A stretch of 64,000 nucleotides of DNA, taken from NCBI GenBank assembly GCA_030612025.1, contig JAUWOR010000003.1:32001-96000 (forward strand), read 5' to 3'. Shown here piece by piece: positions 48,379 through 57,377 of the stretch. Origin of the DNA: Dehalococcoidia bacterium (GTDB lineage Bacteria; Chloroflexota; Dehalococcoidia; GIF9; AB-539-J10). The translations under genes and the position numbers were made by a program. Positions within the stretch are counted from its first letter, which is position 1. Each line of letters opens with the position of its first letter. The notes under the pieces are model-generated. The model worked only from the letters and a program-made list of their open reading frames with translations, did no database searches and was not told the origin of the DNA.

Positions 48379-49209
48379 ATGCCTAAACACAGCCTAGGTA
48401 AAGACATTAAAAAGGCAATCTTTGGGGCTCGCAGTATGGTAGAAGCAAGTGCTAAAGCAGATAGTAATGAGGCTGAAACACGTAAACGTATAGATCATAT
48501 TTTTGAAGCACTTATGGGGTACGACCGTTTCAAACATATCACAGAGGAATACGCAATCCATACAACTGGGGATACCGTACATTGTGATATTGCAATTCAA
48601 CTCAGTCATGAAGAATCATCAAAGCCTGAAATGCTTATTGAAGTTAAAAGGGTAAACATTGACCTCAGCCCGAAGCATCTTAAACAAGCTGCATCCTATG
48701 CTATTGATATTGGCTGCGAATGGATATTGTTAACTAACAGCAAAGAATGGAGGCTTTACCATATCACATTTGGGCAGCCTCCCCAGACTAAATTGATAGA
48801 GTCCTGGAATTTACTTAATGATGACCTCCTTGTCTTAGCTAAGAAGTTTGAAATAGTCAGCTATAAGAATGTTAGAAAGCAAGGCTTGGACAAATTGTGG
48901 GAAAAACGGAACGTATTAACCACTAATAATATGCTGAAGGCTATCTTGGCAGAAGATTCAATAAAGCTATATCAACGCAGGATAAAGAAAGCCACTGAAA
49001 TAACGGTATCTCCAGAAGATATTGTTAGCTCCTTTCGCCACTTACTAAACGAGGCTGCTCTCTCTGAAATGGATAAAATCAAGATATCCCTACCAGCAAG
49101 ACAGCAGCGTGCTAAGACTCCAAAAGCCGCTAAGAGTAAGCCAACCTCAATAGAGCAAGAGGTGGAGGCTATACTGGCAGAAAAACAGTCGAATGACCGG
49201 GAAAGCTAG
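48379..49209 (+). CDS. Stand-alone HsdR-N-like PD-(D/E)xK nuclease domain protein
   Basis: NEAET, EY...CDIAI...LIEVKR, QA..YA, W.LLTN..EW.LY; GGAGG SD. Confidence 0.8.
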   Translation: MPKHSLGKDIKKAIFGARSMVEASAKADSNEAETRKRIDHIFEALMGYDRFKHITEEYAIHTTGDTVHCDIAIQLSHEESSKPEMLIEVKRVNIDLSPKHLKQAASYAIDIGCEWILLTNSKEWRLYHITFGQPPQTKLIESWNLLNDDLLVLAKKFEIVSYKNVRKQGLDKLWEKRNVLTTNNMLKAILAEDSIKLYQRRIKKATEITVSPEDIVSSFRHLLNEAALSEMDKIKISLPARQQRAKTPKAAKSKPTSIEQEVEAILAEKQSNDRES

Positions 49210-49220
49210 GGGATAAGTTT

Positions 49221-49364
49221 ATGGGGTTACGGAGTTCTTTATACAAAATAGCTAGACTTATGGGTGACGTTAACGCCGTCCAGAAAGGCAAAGTGGGGAA
49301 ACGGATAGCAAGGCGGGCAGCCGGTAAAGCTACTGGTAGGACACTAAGGAAGCTGCTTAAGTAA
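49221..49364 (+). CDS. 47-aa basic small protein (not in ORF track)
   Basis: MGLRSSLYKIARLMGDVNAVQKGKVGKRIARRAAGKATGRTLRKLLK*; GGGGA SD; amphipathic pattern. Confidence 0.7.
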   Translation: MGLRSSLYKIARLMGDVNAVQKGKVGKRIARRAAGKATGRTLRKLLK

Positions 49365-49373
49365 CCACTCCAT

Positions 49374-49449
49374 GCCCCTGTAGCTCAGTGGATAGAGCAG
49401 CGGTTTCCTAAACCGCGTGTCGGGCGTTCGAGTCGCCCCAGGGGTACCA
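49374..49449 (+). tRNA. tRNA-Arg(CCT)
   Basis: Full cloverleaf; gcggt-ttCCTaa-accgc; CCA end. Confidence 0.96.
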
Positions 49450-49548
49450 TAAACTAAATTTGCCCCAAAAGGAGGTTTTTACCACAGATGTGATACCCGA
49501 TTTGGTTGGTTCATGGTTTTTTGACCAGCAAAGAAACTTGGTTAGACA

Positions 49549-49731
49549 ATGTCTTCTAGACAAAAGAGGTGGGCATCTGTGGATAGAACTTCCATACCAA
49601 TTGCAAGTTTGCTAGGTCAGTGCCTCTCTGCATGCCGCCCAGCCGGCATGGGCCCCAAGACTATTCATGGTTACAATGAGAAGTTGAAGAGATATGTGCG
49701 CATCGTAGGCGGCGCTCTCAGTAACGGATGA
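49549..49731 (+). pseudogene. Truncated tyrosine-integrase N-terminal fragment
   Basis: ...L..C...G..PKTI.GY...L..Y resembles the SAM-like N-terminal domain; lies 100 bp from the tRNA; no catalytic domain. Confidence 0.55.
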
Positions 49732-49866
49732 CTGTTATTTTTGCCAGTCCACAGGTGACAGAACAAGGTAAACAAGCCGTTCCGACTTCAATTGACGAAG
49801 CTTCCTGGCTGTTATATGATGCAAGCAACTGTTGGCAAGGCAGAACCTCCACCGTAGCTTGGAACC

Positions 49867-51306
49867 ATGGGCAAAAAATTTCGCTCTCCCCTGATAGAAG
49901 AATTAGACACAGAACTGTCACCGCTCGATGCCTTCGAACTCCTCTTTGAAGGCCAGCATTTCAGTTTCTTTCTGGATAGCGGTATGGACCCTGGCAAGTT
50001 AGGACGCTATTCCTTTGTCGGCAGTAGTCCTTTCTTAATATTGAGTTCCCGCGGCAGTGAGATTACTCTTATCCAGGGCACTGAGAAGAGCAGTTTAAGA
50101 GGCAATCCCTTTGATGTACTGAATAATTTCCTGGGAGTCTATCACCTGGATTCTTCTTCTCCACAGGTACCATTCCTTGGCGGCGCAGTAGGTTACTTCA
50201 GCTATGACCTCTGTCACTTTATTGAGCGTTTGCCTGGTACTGCTGTCGACGACCTACAGCTCCCTGAGTGCTATTTCGGCTTCTATGACCTGGTGGTAGC
50301 CTTTGACAATCTTCAAGGTAAGGCCTATATCATCTCCACCGGTTTCCCGGAATTGAGGGAGAGTGAAAGAATGGAGAGAGCTAGGCAGCGTCTTAAGGAA
50401 GTTAAGGAGAAGCTGGCCGATGTGTCAGCTTCCGGCAGAAAGGCAGCGTTGCTGCCCATATCTTCTACCATGGAGCAGGTGACCCTTGCAGGGGGTTTTA
50501 CTCATCAAGAATACGTCGCTGCAGTCGAGAAAGCCCGGCAGTATATCATTGCTGGTGATATTTTCGAAGTGAATCTCTCTCAGCGTTTTGAAGCTAAGCT
50601 TTCTACTACTCCTTATGAACTATACCGCCGGCTGCGGCAGGTAAACCCAGCACCCTTCGCCTGTTATCTCAGCTTTGATGAGGTCTCAGTGGTAAGTGCC
50701 TCACCGGAAAGATTTCTCCGCGTGCACGGAGACTGGGTAGAGACACGACCCATCAAGGGTACTCGCCCGCGGGGAAGGACTCCAGAGGAAGATGAAGCGC
50801 TGGCCAATGAGCTGGTGAGCAGCGTCAAGGATCGGGCCGAGAATATCATGATAGTGGACTTGGAGAGAAATGATTTGGGGCGCGTGTGTCGTTTTGGCAC
50901 CATCAAGGTGACCGAATTAGCCATACTGGAGGTGTTTCCTACTGTCTTCCACCTTACCTCTACAGTGGAGGGGAATCTCAGAGAGGGCAAGAACTGCATT
51001 GATTTGCTCAAAGCTAGCTTTCCTGGTGGTTCCATAACGGGAGCACCTAAGGTACGCGCTATGGAGATTATCGATGAACTGGAGCCTACCAAGAGGAGTG
51101 TATATACGGGAAATATCGGCTATCTGAGCTTTAATGGTGACCTCGACCTTAACATTGCTATCCGTACTTTTCTGGTCAAGGGAAGCAAGGCTTACTTCCA
51201 GGTGGGCGGTGCCGTTGTTTATGATTCTGACCCTGAGGCTGAGTATCAGGAAACACTGGATAAGGCGAGGGCGCTGATTAATGCCCTGAACATGGTGGCA
51301 ACTTAG
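49867..51306 (+). CDS. pabB: Aminodeoxychorismate synthase component I
   Basis: FFLDSG, NPAPF, SPERF, PIKGT, MIVDL.RND and PGGSITGAPK motifs; next to pabA, pabC and folP. Confidence 0.92.
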   Translation: MGKKFRSPLIEELDTELSPLDAFELLFEGQHFSFFLDSGMDPGKLGRYSFVGSSPFLILSSRGSEITLIQGTEKSSLRGNPFDVLNNFLGVYHLDSSSPQVPFLGGAVGYFSYDLCHFIERLPGTAVDDLQLPECYFGFYDLVVAFDNLQGKAYIISTGFPELRESERMERARQRLKEVKEKLADVSASGRKAALLPISSTMEQVTLAGGFTHQEYVAAVEKARQYIIAGDIFEVNLSQRFEAKLSTTPYELYRRLRQVNPAPFACYLSFDEVSVVSASPERFLRVHGDWVETRPIKGTRPRGRTPEEDEALANELVSSVKDRAENIMIVDLERNDLGRVCRFGTIKVTELAILEVFPTVFHLTSTVEGNLREGKNCIDLLKASFPGGSITGAPKVRAMEIIDELEPTKRSVYTGNIGYLSFNGDLDLNIAIRTFLVKGSKAYFQVGGAVVYDSDPEAEYQETLDKARALINALNMVAT

Positions 51307-51316
51307 TAGGGTAAAT

Positions 51317-51904
51317 ATGGTCTTAGTCATTGATAACTACGATTCCTTTGTTTATAACCTCGCCCAGTACCTGGGTGAACTGGGCTGGGAACCGGTGGTT
51401 TATCGCAATGACCAGATAACCCTGGCACAAATTGAGAGCTTGAGTCCCTCCCACATTATCATCTCTCCCGGACCCGCTACCCCACTTGAGGCAGGCATCT
51501 CCAATGATATTATCTGGCGCTTTGCTGGGAGAATTCCAATTCTTGGTGTCTGTCTGGGGCACCAGTGTATCGGCTATGTCTTTGGTGGTCAGGTCGTCCG
51601 TGCCGCTGTGCCTACTCATGGTAAGAGCTCCCTGGTTTATCACGATGGTAAGACGGTATATCAAAACCTCCCCAATCCCTTTGAGGCAGGACGTTACCAT
51701 TCCTTAGTAGTCAAACGGGATACTCTCCCTTGGTCACTGGCATTGACCGCGGAGACCGATGACGGTGTCATCATGGGTATCAGGCACAAGGATTATGTTG
51801 TCGAGGGGGTGCAGTTCCATCCGGAGTCAATCATGACTGACGTAGGTCACGATCTACTCAAAAACTTCCTCAGCTTCCTGCAGCCAAGGTGGCCCCAGGA
51901 GTAG
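51317..51904 (+). CDS. pabA: Glutamine amidotransferase component II (PabA/TrpG)
   Basis: IDNYDSF, SPGP, GVCLGHQ, RYHSL and QFHPES motifs. Confidence 0.9.
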   Translation: MVLVIDNYDSFVYNLAQYLGELGWEPVVYRNDQITLAQIESLSPSHIIISPGPATPLEAGISNDIIWRFAGRIPILGVCLGHQCIGYVFGGQVVRAAVPTHGKSSLVYHDGKTVYQNLPNPFEAGRYHSLVVKRDTLPWSLALTAETDDGVIMGIRHKDYVVEGVQFHPESIMTDVGHDLLKNFLSFLQPRWPQE

Positions 51905-51908
51905 GTTT

Positions 51909-52775
51909 ATGAGCGAAATTGTTTATCTTAATGGTTCCTTAATTCCCCGCAGTCAAGCCAGGATATCCGCCCTGGACTACGGTTTTCTCTATGGGTTTGG
52001 CCTCTTTGAAACCATGCGTGCTTATGGAGGTCAGGTATTTCGTTTGGATAGCCACTTAAACCGGCTAGCACGTTCCGCTGAAATACTGGGATTGCCAATC
52101 GAGGCACTGGACCTAAAAGGTGCGGTAATGGACACTATCCACGCTAACAAGCTTAGTGAAGCTCGTGTCCGTATCACTATTTCTATCGGTGAGGGAGGGA
52201 TGGTTCCTGACCCCAGCACGTGTAGGCAACCCACGGTGCTGATAGTAGCTGGATATTACAAGCCTTACCCCGAACAAGTTTATGAAAAGGGATTTAGGGC
52301 TGTTGTCTCATCCATCCGCCGCAACAGTCAATCACCTCTCTCCAAGCTCAAGTCGGCCAATTACCTGGAAAATATGCTTGCCAAACAGGAGGCAAGAGCG
52401 GCTGGGGTTGACGAAGCCATCTGCCTCAACGAAAAAGGGCTCCTTGCTGAGGCTAGTATGAGTAATATCTTTCTGGTAAATGACGGCATACTGCGGACGC
52501 CAGGAGAGCAGAGTGGTATCCTGCCCGGAATTACCCGCGAGGTGGTTCTGGAGCTAGCTTCACAGCTAGACATCAATACCTTTGAGCAGGATATCAGGCT
52601 GGACGAGCTTTTCCAGACTCAGGAAGCTTTCCTGACCAACTCGCTTATGGAGATTATGCCGCTTACCGAGATAGATGGCAAACCTGTTGGTTCGGGCAAA
52701 CCGGAGTCTGTCACACGGAGACTTATGGCAAACTACAAGAAATTAGTGCGCCCTTCTAGGACCAGCGAACAATAG
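51909..52775 (+). CDS. pabC: Class IV aminotransferase, probable 4-amino-4-deoxychorismate lyase
   Basis: YG.GLFET, KSANY, E.S.SN.F, LPGITR; position in the pab operon. Confidence 0.8.
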   Translation: MSEIVYLNGSLIPRSQARISALDYGFLYGFGLFETMRAYGGQVFRLDSHLNRLARSAEILGLPIEALDLKGAVMDTIHANKLSEARVRITISIGEGGMVPDPSTCRQPTVLIVAGYYKPYPEQVYEKGFRAVVSSIRRNSQSPLSKLKSANYLENMLAKQEARAAGVDEAICLNEKGLLAEASMSNIFLVNDGILRTPGEQSGILPGITREVVLELASQLDINTFEQDIRLDELFQTQEAFLTNSLMEIMPLTEIDGKPVGSGKPESVTRRLMANYKKLVRPSRTSEQ

Positions 52776-53616
52776 CGTCACTCACCCGGCAGACCCTTAC
52801 CATCTGTTGCACGTCATGTACCCGTACCATGTCAGCACCCTTGGCGATGCCGATTGCTATTGCAGCAGCGGTACCTTCCAAGCGTTCATCAGTGGGGAGG
52901 TCCAGTACCATGCCAATGAAGGATTTGCGGGATGGTCCAATTAAAATAGCTCTTCCTAGTCCTTGCAGTTCGCCCAAGCGGCGAATTATCTCCAGCTCCT
53001 GCCGCCAAGTCTTGCCAAATCCAATCCCAGGGTCAACAATAATGCTCTCCCGGGGTACCCCCAGTTTCAATGCCAGCTCTAAGCTATTTTTGAGGGACGA
53101 AGTTACTTCAGTCATAAGGTCATCATAGTAGGCGGTATCGCGCTGAATCCCAGCGTCATAACCTCCCTTGTCCCGCTGGTTACTCATCAAGATAATAGGA
53201 ATGCCCCACTCAGCAGCTAGTCCTGCAAGATGAGAGTCCCTTTTCAAACCCCACTGGTCGTTTATCATAGCTGCGCCAGCCTCAAGCGCTCGTTGTGCTA
53301 CCTCCGACTTATAAGTATCAATGCTCAGAGGAACGGGTATTTCAGAAGCCAGCCGCTCTATCACCGGGACTACCCGCCTGATTTCCTCGTCAATTGAGAC
53401 CGGGACTGAGCCAGGACGGGTGGATTCACCACCGATGTCCAGGATATCAGCGCCCTGACTCACGAAGTAATGTGCCTGCGCAACGGCTGCTTCAAGGTCG
53501 GTAATTCCATCGCCGGAGAAGGAGTCCGGGGATACATTGATTATGCCCATAACATAGGTCCGCTCTCCCCAGCGGAACTCTGTATTTCCACACTTGGTAG
53601 TACCCAGTCTAGTCAT
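52756..53616 (-). CDS. folP: Dihydropteroate synthase
   Basis: MGIIN.SPDSFS, GGESTRPG, DPGIGFGK, SRKS and RVHDV motifs. Confidence 0.97.
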   Translation of the reverse strand: MTRLGTTKCGNTEFRWGERTYVMGIINVSPDSFSGDGITDLEAAVAQAHYFVSQGADILDIGGESTRPGSVPVSIDEEIRRVVPVIERLASEIPVPLSIDTYKSEVAQRALEAGAAMINDQWGLKRDSHLAGLAAEWGIPIILMSNQRDKGGYDAGIQRDTAYYDDLMTEVTSSLKNSLELALKLGVPRESIIVDPGIGFGKTWRQELEIIRRLGELQGLGRAILIGPSRKSFIGMVLDLPTDERLEGTAAAIAIGIAKGADMVRVHDVQQMVRVCRVSDAIVRWS

Positions 53617-53785
53617 AGCTTACACCTTACAAAAGAATCACTTAACCGTTTTGCATGGATGGCTGTGTAGGTTCTCCTTTAATATATGCAAAAATACTCC
53701 AAAAAGTCCACTTTTTGGCGAGATAGCTAGCCCTATTCTACCACATCGTATGAAGCTATCATAAGTCCGGGCATATCTCCAGAAT

Positions 53786-53836
53786 GTAGTTGCCCAATTT
53801 ATTGGGCGATAGAAGCCTGATGAATCAGACAACTAC
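53786..53836. repeat. Solo GTAG-REP pair (inner module of MITE subtype 2)
   Basis: gtagttgcccaatttattgggc...caactac. Confidence 0.8.
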
Positions 53837-54039
53837 AACAAGCTGCCGCTGAAACCACATTGAAATTTCTCTCATTCTCCTCTACAATAGCCTCGCAACT
53901 GGTTAAGAGGTTGACACCGCAACCCGAACAAAAGGAGAGGATAGTTTAGGGAGAGGCGCAATATGTTGAAGTGGAAAACGAAATGACCTACATATTGCGC
54001 CTTACGATAGCCAGGGTGAGTAGGCCCTGAAGGCGATTC

Positions 54040-54076
54040 CCTAAACCGCGTGTCGGGCGTTCGAGTCGCCCCAGGG
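54040..54076 (+). repeat. 3' half of tRNA-Arg(CCT), att-like duplicate
   Basis: cctaaaccgcgtgtcgggcgttcgagtcgccccaggg. Confidence 0.9.
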
Positions 54077-54101
54077 ATGTTTGATATAATTTAGTAGTTA
54101 T

Positions 54102-54178
54102 AGGGGTGTAGCTCAGTTGGTCAGAGCAGCGGTCTCCAAAACCGCAGGTCGCGGGTTCGAATCCTGCCGCCCCTGCCA
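54102..54178 (+). tRNA. tRNA-Trp(CCA)
   Basis: gcggt-ctCCAaa-accgc; CCA end. Confidence 0.96.
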
Positions 54179-54179
54179 T

Positions 54180-54266
54180 GCCGGGGTGGTGGAATAGGTA
54201 GACACGCCATCTTGAGGGGGTGGTGGGCATAAGCCCGTGGGAGTTCAAGTCTCCCCCTCGGCACCA
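54180..54266 (+). tRNA. tRNA-Leu(GAG)
   Basis: Long variable arm; ccatc-ttGAGgg-ggtgg; CCA end. Confidence 0.95.
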
Positions 54267-54310
54267 ATTTGGTTTGCTTGGATTGAGAGAAGGCGGTAAA
54301 ATTTAGTTAG

Positions 54311-54385
54311 GCGGAAGTAGTTCAGCGGCAGAATGCTTCCTTGCCAAGGAAGAGGTCGCGAGTTCGAATCTCGTCTTCCGCTCCA
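54311..54385 (+). tRNA. tRNA-Gly(GCC)
   Basis: cttcc-ttGCCaa-ggaag; TCCA end. Confidence 0.96.
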
Positions 54386-54402
54386 GTAGAATTAGCAATT
54401 AT

Positions 54403-54475
54403 GGCGGTGTAGCCAAGAGGTTAAGGCAGGGGTCTGCAAAACCCCGATACAGCGGTTCGAATCCGCTCGCCGCCT
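54403..54475 (+). tRNA. tRNA-Cys(GCA), CCA not encoded
   Basis: ggggt-ctGCAaa-acccc; U73 discriminator. Confidence 0.93.
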
Positions 54476-54497
54476 TTTAAATATAAAGGAGTTAATA

Positions 54498-54812
54498 ATG
54501 ATTCCCACTGATGCGAACAATTTATTAGATTTTCATTGCCCTCATTGCAATGCTGGCATTGTGATTGCCCCCGTATTTCACATATTCAAGAAGGGTGTTA
54601 AGAAGGGCATTAAATGTGAAGCTGCTGCAATATTTAGCATTAGTGGAGGTGAAGCAAGGCTTCACCAAATAGTATACGACGGAAGGGAATACTCCTTCCC
54701 TTCTGGAGCCGGGAAGAAAATCACTGGGTATCAGGTTAGAGGCCCAACCTTTTGGAAGTTTAAAACTAAAAAAGGCAATATAATTACACTGGCTCAATTA
54801 ACTAAGCTTTAA
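54498..54812 (+). CDS. Hypothetical protein with CPHC motif
   Basis: AAGGAG SD, 104 aa. Confidence 0.65.
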   Translation: MIPTDANNLLDFHCPHCNAGIVIAPVFHIFKKGVKKGIKCEAAAIFSISGGEARLHQIVYDGREYSFPSGAGKKITGYQVRGPTFWKFKTKKGNIITLAQLTKL

Positions 54813-54845
54813 AAATCAAAGTTCCATGGGCTAAAATCCTAATCT

Positions 54846-54928
54846 GCCGAGGTGGCGGAATGGCAGACGCGGCGGACTTAAAATCCGTTTCCCGCTAGGG
54901 AGTGTGGGTTCGAGTCCCTCCCTCGGCA
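54846..54928 (+). tRNA. tRNA-Leu(TAA), CCA not encoded
   Basis: gcgga-ctTAAaa-tccgt; long variable arm; intact T-loop. Confidence 0.93.
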
Positions 54929-55190
54929 CTGAACTGCTAGTCCAAAATGCTTCTTTTACAAAGCCTGGAACATTATGCGAAACGCACTTCTTGCAGTGCT
55001 CAGAGAAATGGTAACCTCAGGTGTTTTTATTCTTGTTGCTTCATTTAACCTGAAGCCTAACATGATGAATTTGGACAAATACTACAACACATATTAGAAT
55101 TCGACAGGGTAGACCAGATGGGGCGAATTTTGAGCTCACCTGTATAGCTAATTATCGAATTTGTTTTTTAGCATAGGAATCGTAAATACG

Positions 55191-55323
55191 GGGGCTGTTT
55201 AAAAATGTAGTTGCCCAATTTATTGGGCGACTGTGCCTGATAAATCAGGCAACTACAAAAATTTGGGGGTGAAACACCTCCAAGATGGCTGAAATTGAAC
55301 GGGGAATCAAAATTAAACAGCCT
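55191..55323 (+). mobile_element. MITE-like element (subtype 2)
   Basis: ggggctgtttaa...aattaaacagcct. Confidence 0.85.
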
Positions 55324-55349
55324 GAAAATAAGGTTAAGGGGGTAGAAAA

Positions 55350-55544
55350 ATGAAAGCGAGAGAATTAATTTTTAAGGAGATAGAAAAACTTCCTGAGCCT
55401 TATCTCATAGAGATATTGGATTTTATACGCTTTTTAGAGGCTAAAACTTCGGAACAAAAGATGGGGCTAGCAATCGCAAGCGAAACATCTCTTAAAAAAG
55501 ATTGGCTGACACCTGAGGAAAATGAAGCATGGAGAGATTTGTAA
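55350..55544 (+). CDS. DUF2281-like antitoxin
   Basis: I.KLPE....E.LDFI.FL...ASE.SL.KDW..PEE.EAW.DL; overlaps the toxin gene. Confidence 0.85.
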   Translation: MKARELIFKEIEKLPEPYLIEILDFIRFLEAKTSEQKMGLAIASETSLKKDWLTPEENEAWRDL

Positions 55545-55861
55545 AAGGGGATGTAGTGGTTGTTCCTTTCCCCTTCTCAGATTTAACTCGAGCTAAACGA
55601 CGACCAGCTTTAGTAATTGCAGAATTGGAAGGGGATGATTTAATTCTCTGCCAGATAACTAGCCACTCAGTTAGAGACAGATACGCGGTTCCAATTGATG
55701 AGAATGATTTTGAAACTGGGACACTCAGGAAAAGGAGCAATTTGCGACCGAATCGCATATTTACGGCAGACCGCCACATCATCCTGTATAGAGCTGGTCA
55801 TCTCAAACCTGAGAAGATGAATGAAGTAATTAAAGAGATAGTAGGTTTCCTTCGACCATAA
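55529..55861 (+). CDS. PemK/MazF-family toxin
   Basis: KGDVVVVPFPFSD...KRRPALV, CQITS. Confidence 0.92.
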   Translation: MERFVKGDVVVVPFPFSDLTRAKRRPALVIAELEGDDLILCQITSHSVRDRYAVPIDENDFETGTLRKRSNLRPNRIFTADRHIILYRAGHLKPEKMNEVIKEIVGFLRP

Positions 55862-55890
55862 AGCAACTTTCCATAATAGAGTAAGGGAGA

Positions 55891-55957
55891 GGTAGACGCG
55901 GCGGACTTAAAATCCGTTTCCCGTAAGGGAGTGTGGGTTCGAGTCCCTCCCTCGGCA
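55891..55957 (+). pseudogene. 5'-truncated tRNA-Leu(TAA) copy
   Basis: Matches 54846-54928 from the D-loop onward; acceptor 5' strand missing. Confidence 0.88.
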
Positions 55958-56217
55958 CTAAGCTGTGTCGAGAGCTCTGGCATAGCAGTACTATTTTCAT
56001 TCGTAGGTTTTCCGTCTAGTCCAAGCATCGGACAACTGATAGGTTATTCACCTTGTTCACCTGGATATTTTGCCTTCGAAAGAATCAAAAACAAAAACCT
56101 GAACAATATGGCGTATTGTGCAATTTACGCCCACTGCAGAGGATGGATTACAAGCTCTAACTGCAGAAAGCGGCTAAGGTTGCAAGCAAGAATCCGCAGG
56201 TTGATAATAGTGCCGAT

Positions 56218-57198
56218 ATGGCTGAAGTTTATTTCTTTACCGAGGCTGAGAAGCTGCTAAGTGCTCTTGACCTCCTTGGTATTGAGGACTTTGGAGGAGC
56301 CAGGGTTCCAATCAAGCTTCATATGGGGGAGCCAGGTAATAGGTACTACATTTCCCCCTCCCTTGTAAAGTTGACAGTAGGAAGGCTGAAAGACGTAGGT
56401 GCGGAACCGTTTCTGTTTGATACCACTGTGGCTTACCCCGGACCAAGGTCTACGAGGGATGGATATAAGAGGGTGGCTTACAGGCATGGCTTCGGAGAGA
56501 ACGAAATGGGCTGCGAAGTGGTTATCGGGGAGGAAGGAGTGAAGGTGGCCGAAGGTGGCTATGACTTTGAGGTGGCGAAGGAGATATACGAAAGCACCCA
56601 CCTGCTCGTCATGTCTCATGTCAAAGGACACATCCAGGCTGGATTCGGAGGGGCTATAAAGAACTTGGGCATGGGTGGAGTGACCAAAGGCACGAAGCGA
56701 ATAATCCACCGCATGAGCATCCCCAGGTTTTTGGCGGAGAAGTGCGACCTCTGTGGTTCCTGCGCTGAAGCCTGCCCGTGCCACGCTATAACTGTGGATT
56801 TGGACTGGAGATACGATAGCCTCGCCTGCGAAGGTTGCGGCAAGTGCGTATCGGTTTGCCCTAGAGGGGCTTTGAGCTACGACGTCATGGATTTCCAACA
56901 AGGGCTGGCACTGGCGGCCAAGGCATGCATCCGGGGGAAGAAGGCACTCTACATAAATGCTCTGGTGAATATAACTCGTAGCTGTGATTGTGACCCCCAC
57001 CCCGATCCTATAATCTGTCCCGACATAGGCTATCTAGCATCCAATGATCTGGCAGCTATAGATAGAGCATCGCTGCAACTCATACACGAGCTGAAGCCGG
57101 GAGTCTTTCAGGAAGTGAACCAAATTGATCCTTTAAAGCAAGTTCGATATGCACAGGAGATTGGCCTTATTGGCTCCTATAAGCTGGGGAGACTTTGA
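56218..57198 (+). CDS. DUF362 Fe-S protein
   Basis: IKLHMGE.GN, DT...Y.G.R, H.KGH...GFGGAIKNLGMG, two 4Fe-4S motifs, CDC. Confidence 0.9.
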   Translation: MAEVYFFTEAEKLLSALDLLGIEDFGGARVPIKLHMGEPGNRYYISPSLVKLTVGRLKDVGAEPFLFDTTVAYPGPRSTRDGYKRVAYRHGFGENEMGCEVVIGEEGVKVAEGGYDFEVAKEIYESTHLLVMSHVKGHIQAGFGGAIKNLGMGGVTKGTKRIIHRMSIPRFLAEKCDLCGSCAEACPCHAITVDLDWRYDSLACEGCGKCVSVCPRGALSYDVMDFQQGLALAAKACIRGKKALYINALVNITRSCDCDPHPDPIICPDIGYLASNDLAAIDRASLQLIHELKPGVFQEVNQIDPLKQVRYAQEIGLIGSYKLGRL

Positions 57199-57219
57199 GC
57201 CCCATAATGCCGGTGCATT

Positions 57220-57353
57220 GAGGCCGTTTAAAAACGTAGTTGCCCAATTTATTGGGCGACTGGGCCTGATTACCCAAGGCAACTACAAAAATTTGGGGGT
57301 GAAACACCTCTGAGATGGTTGAAATTGAACAGGGAATCAAAATTGAACAGCCG
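57220..57353 (+). mobile_element. MITE-like element (subtype 2)
   Basis: gaggccgtttaa...aattgaacagccg. Confidence 0.85.
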
Positions 57354-57377
57354 CGCATTCAATAGGAGGTGATGAAT

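Larger units (their letters stand above)
47255..49373. mobile_element. Islet X between the tRNA-Arg 5' half and the intact tRNA-Arg
   Basis: Bounded by a direct repeat of the tRNA 5' half; non-housekeeping cargo; no integrase. Confidence 0.7.
49450..54076. mobile_element. Islet Y between tRNA-Arg and its 3'-half duplicate
   Basis: 54040-54076 is identical to the tRNA 3' half; integrase-like remnant next to the tRNA. Confidence 0.7.
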
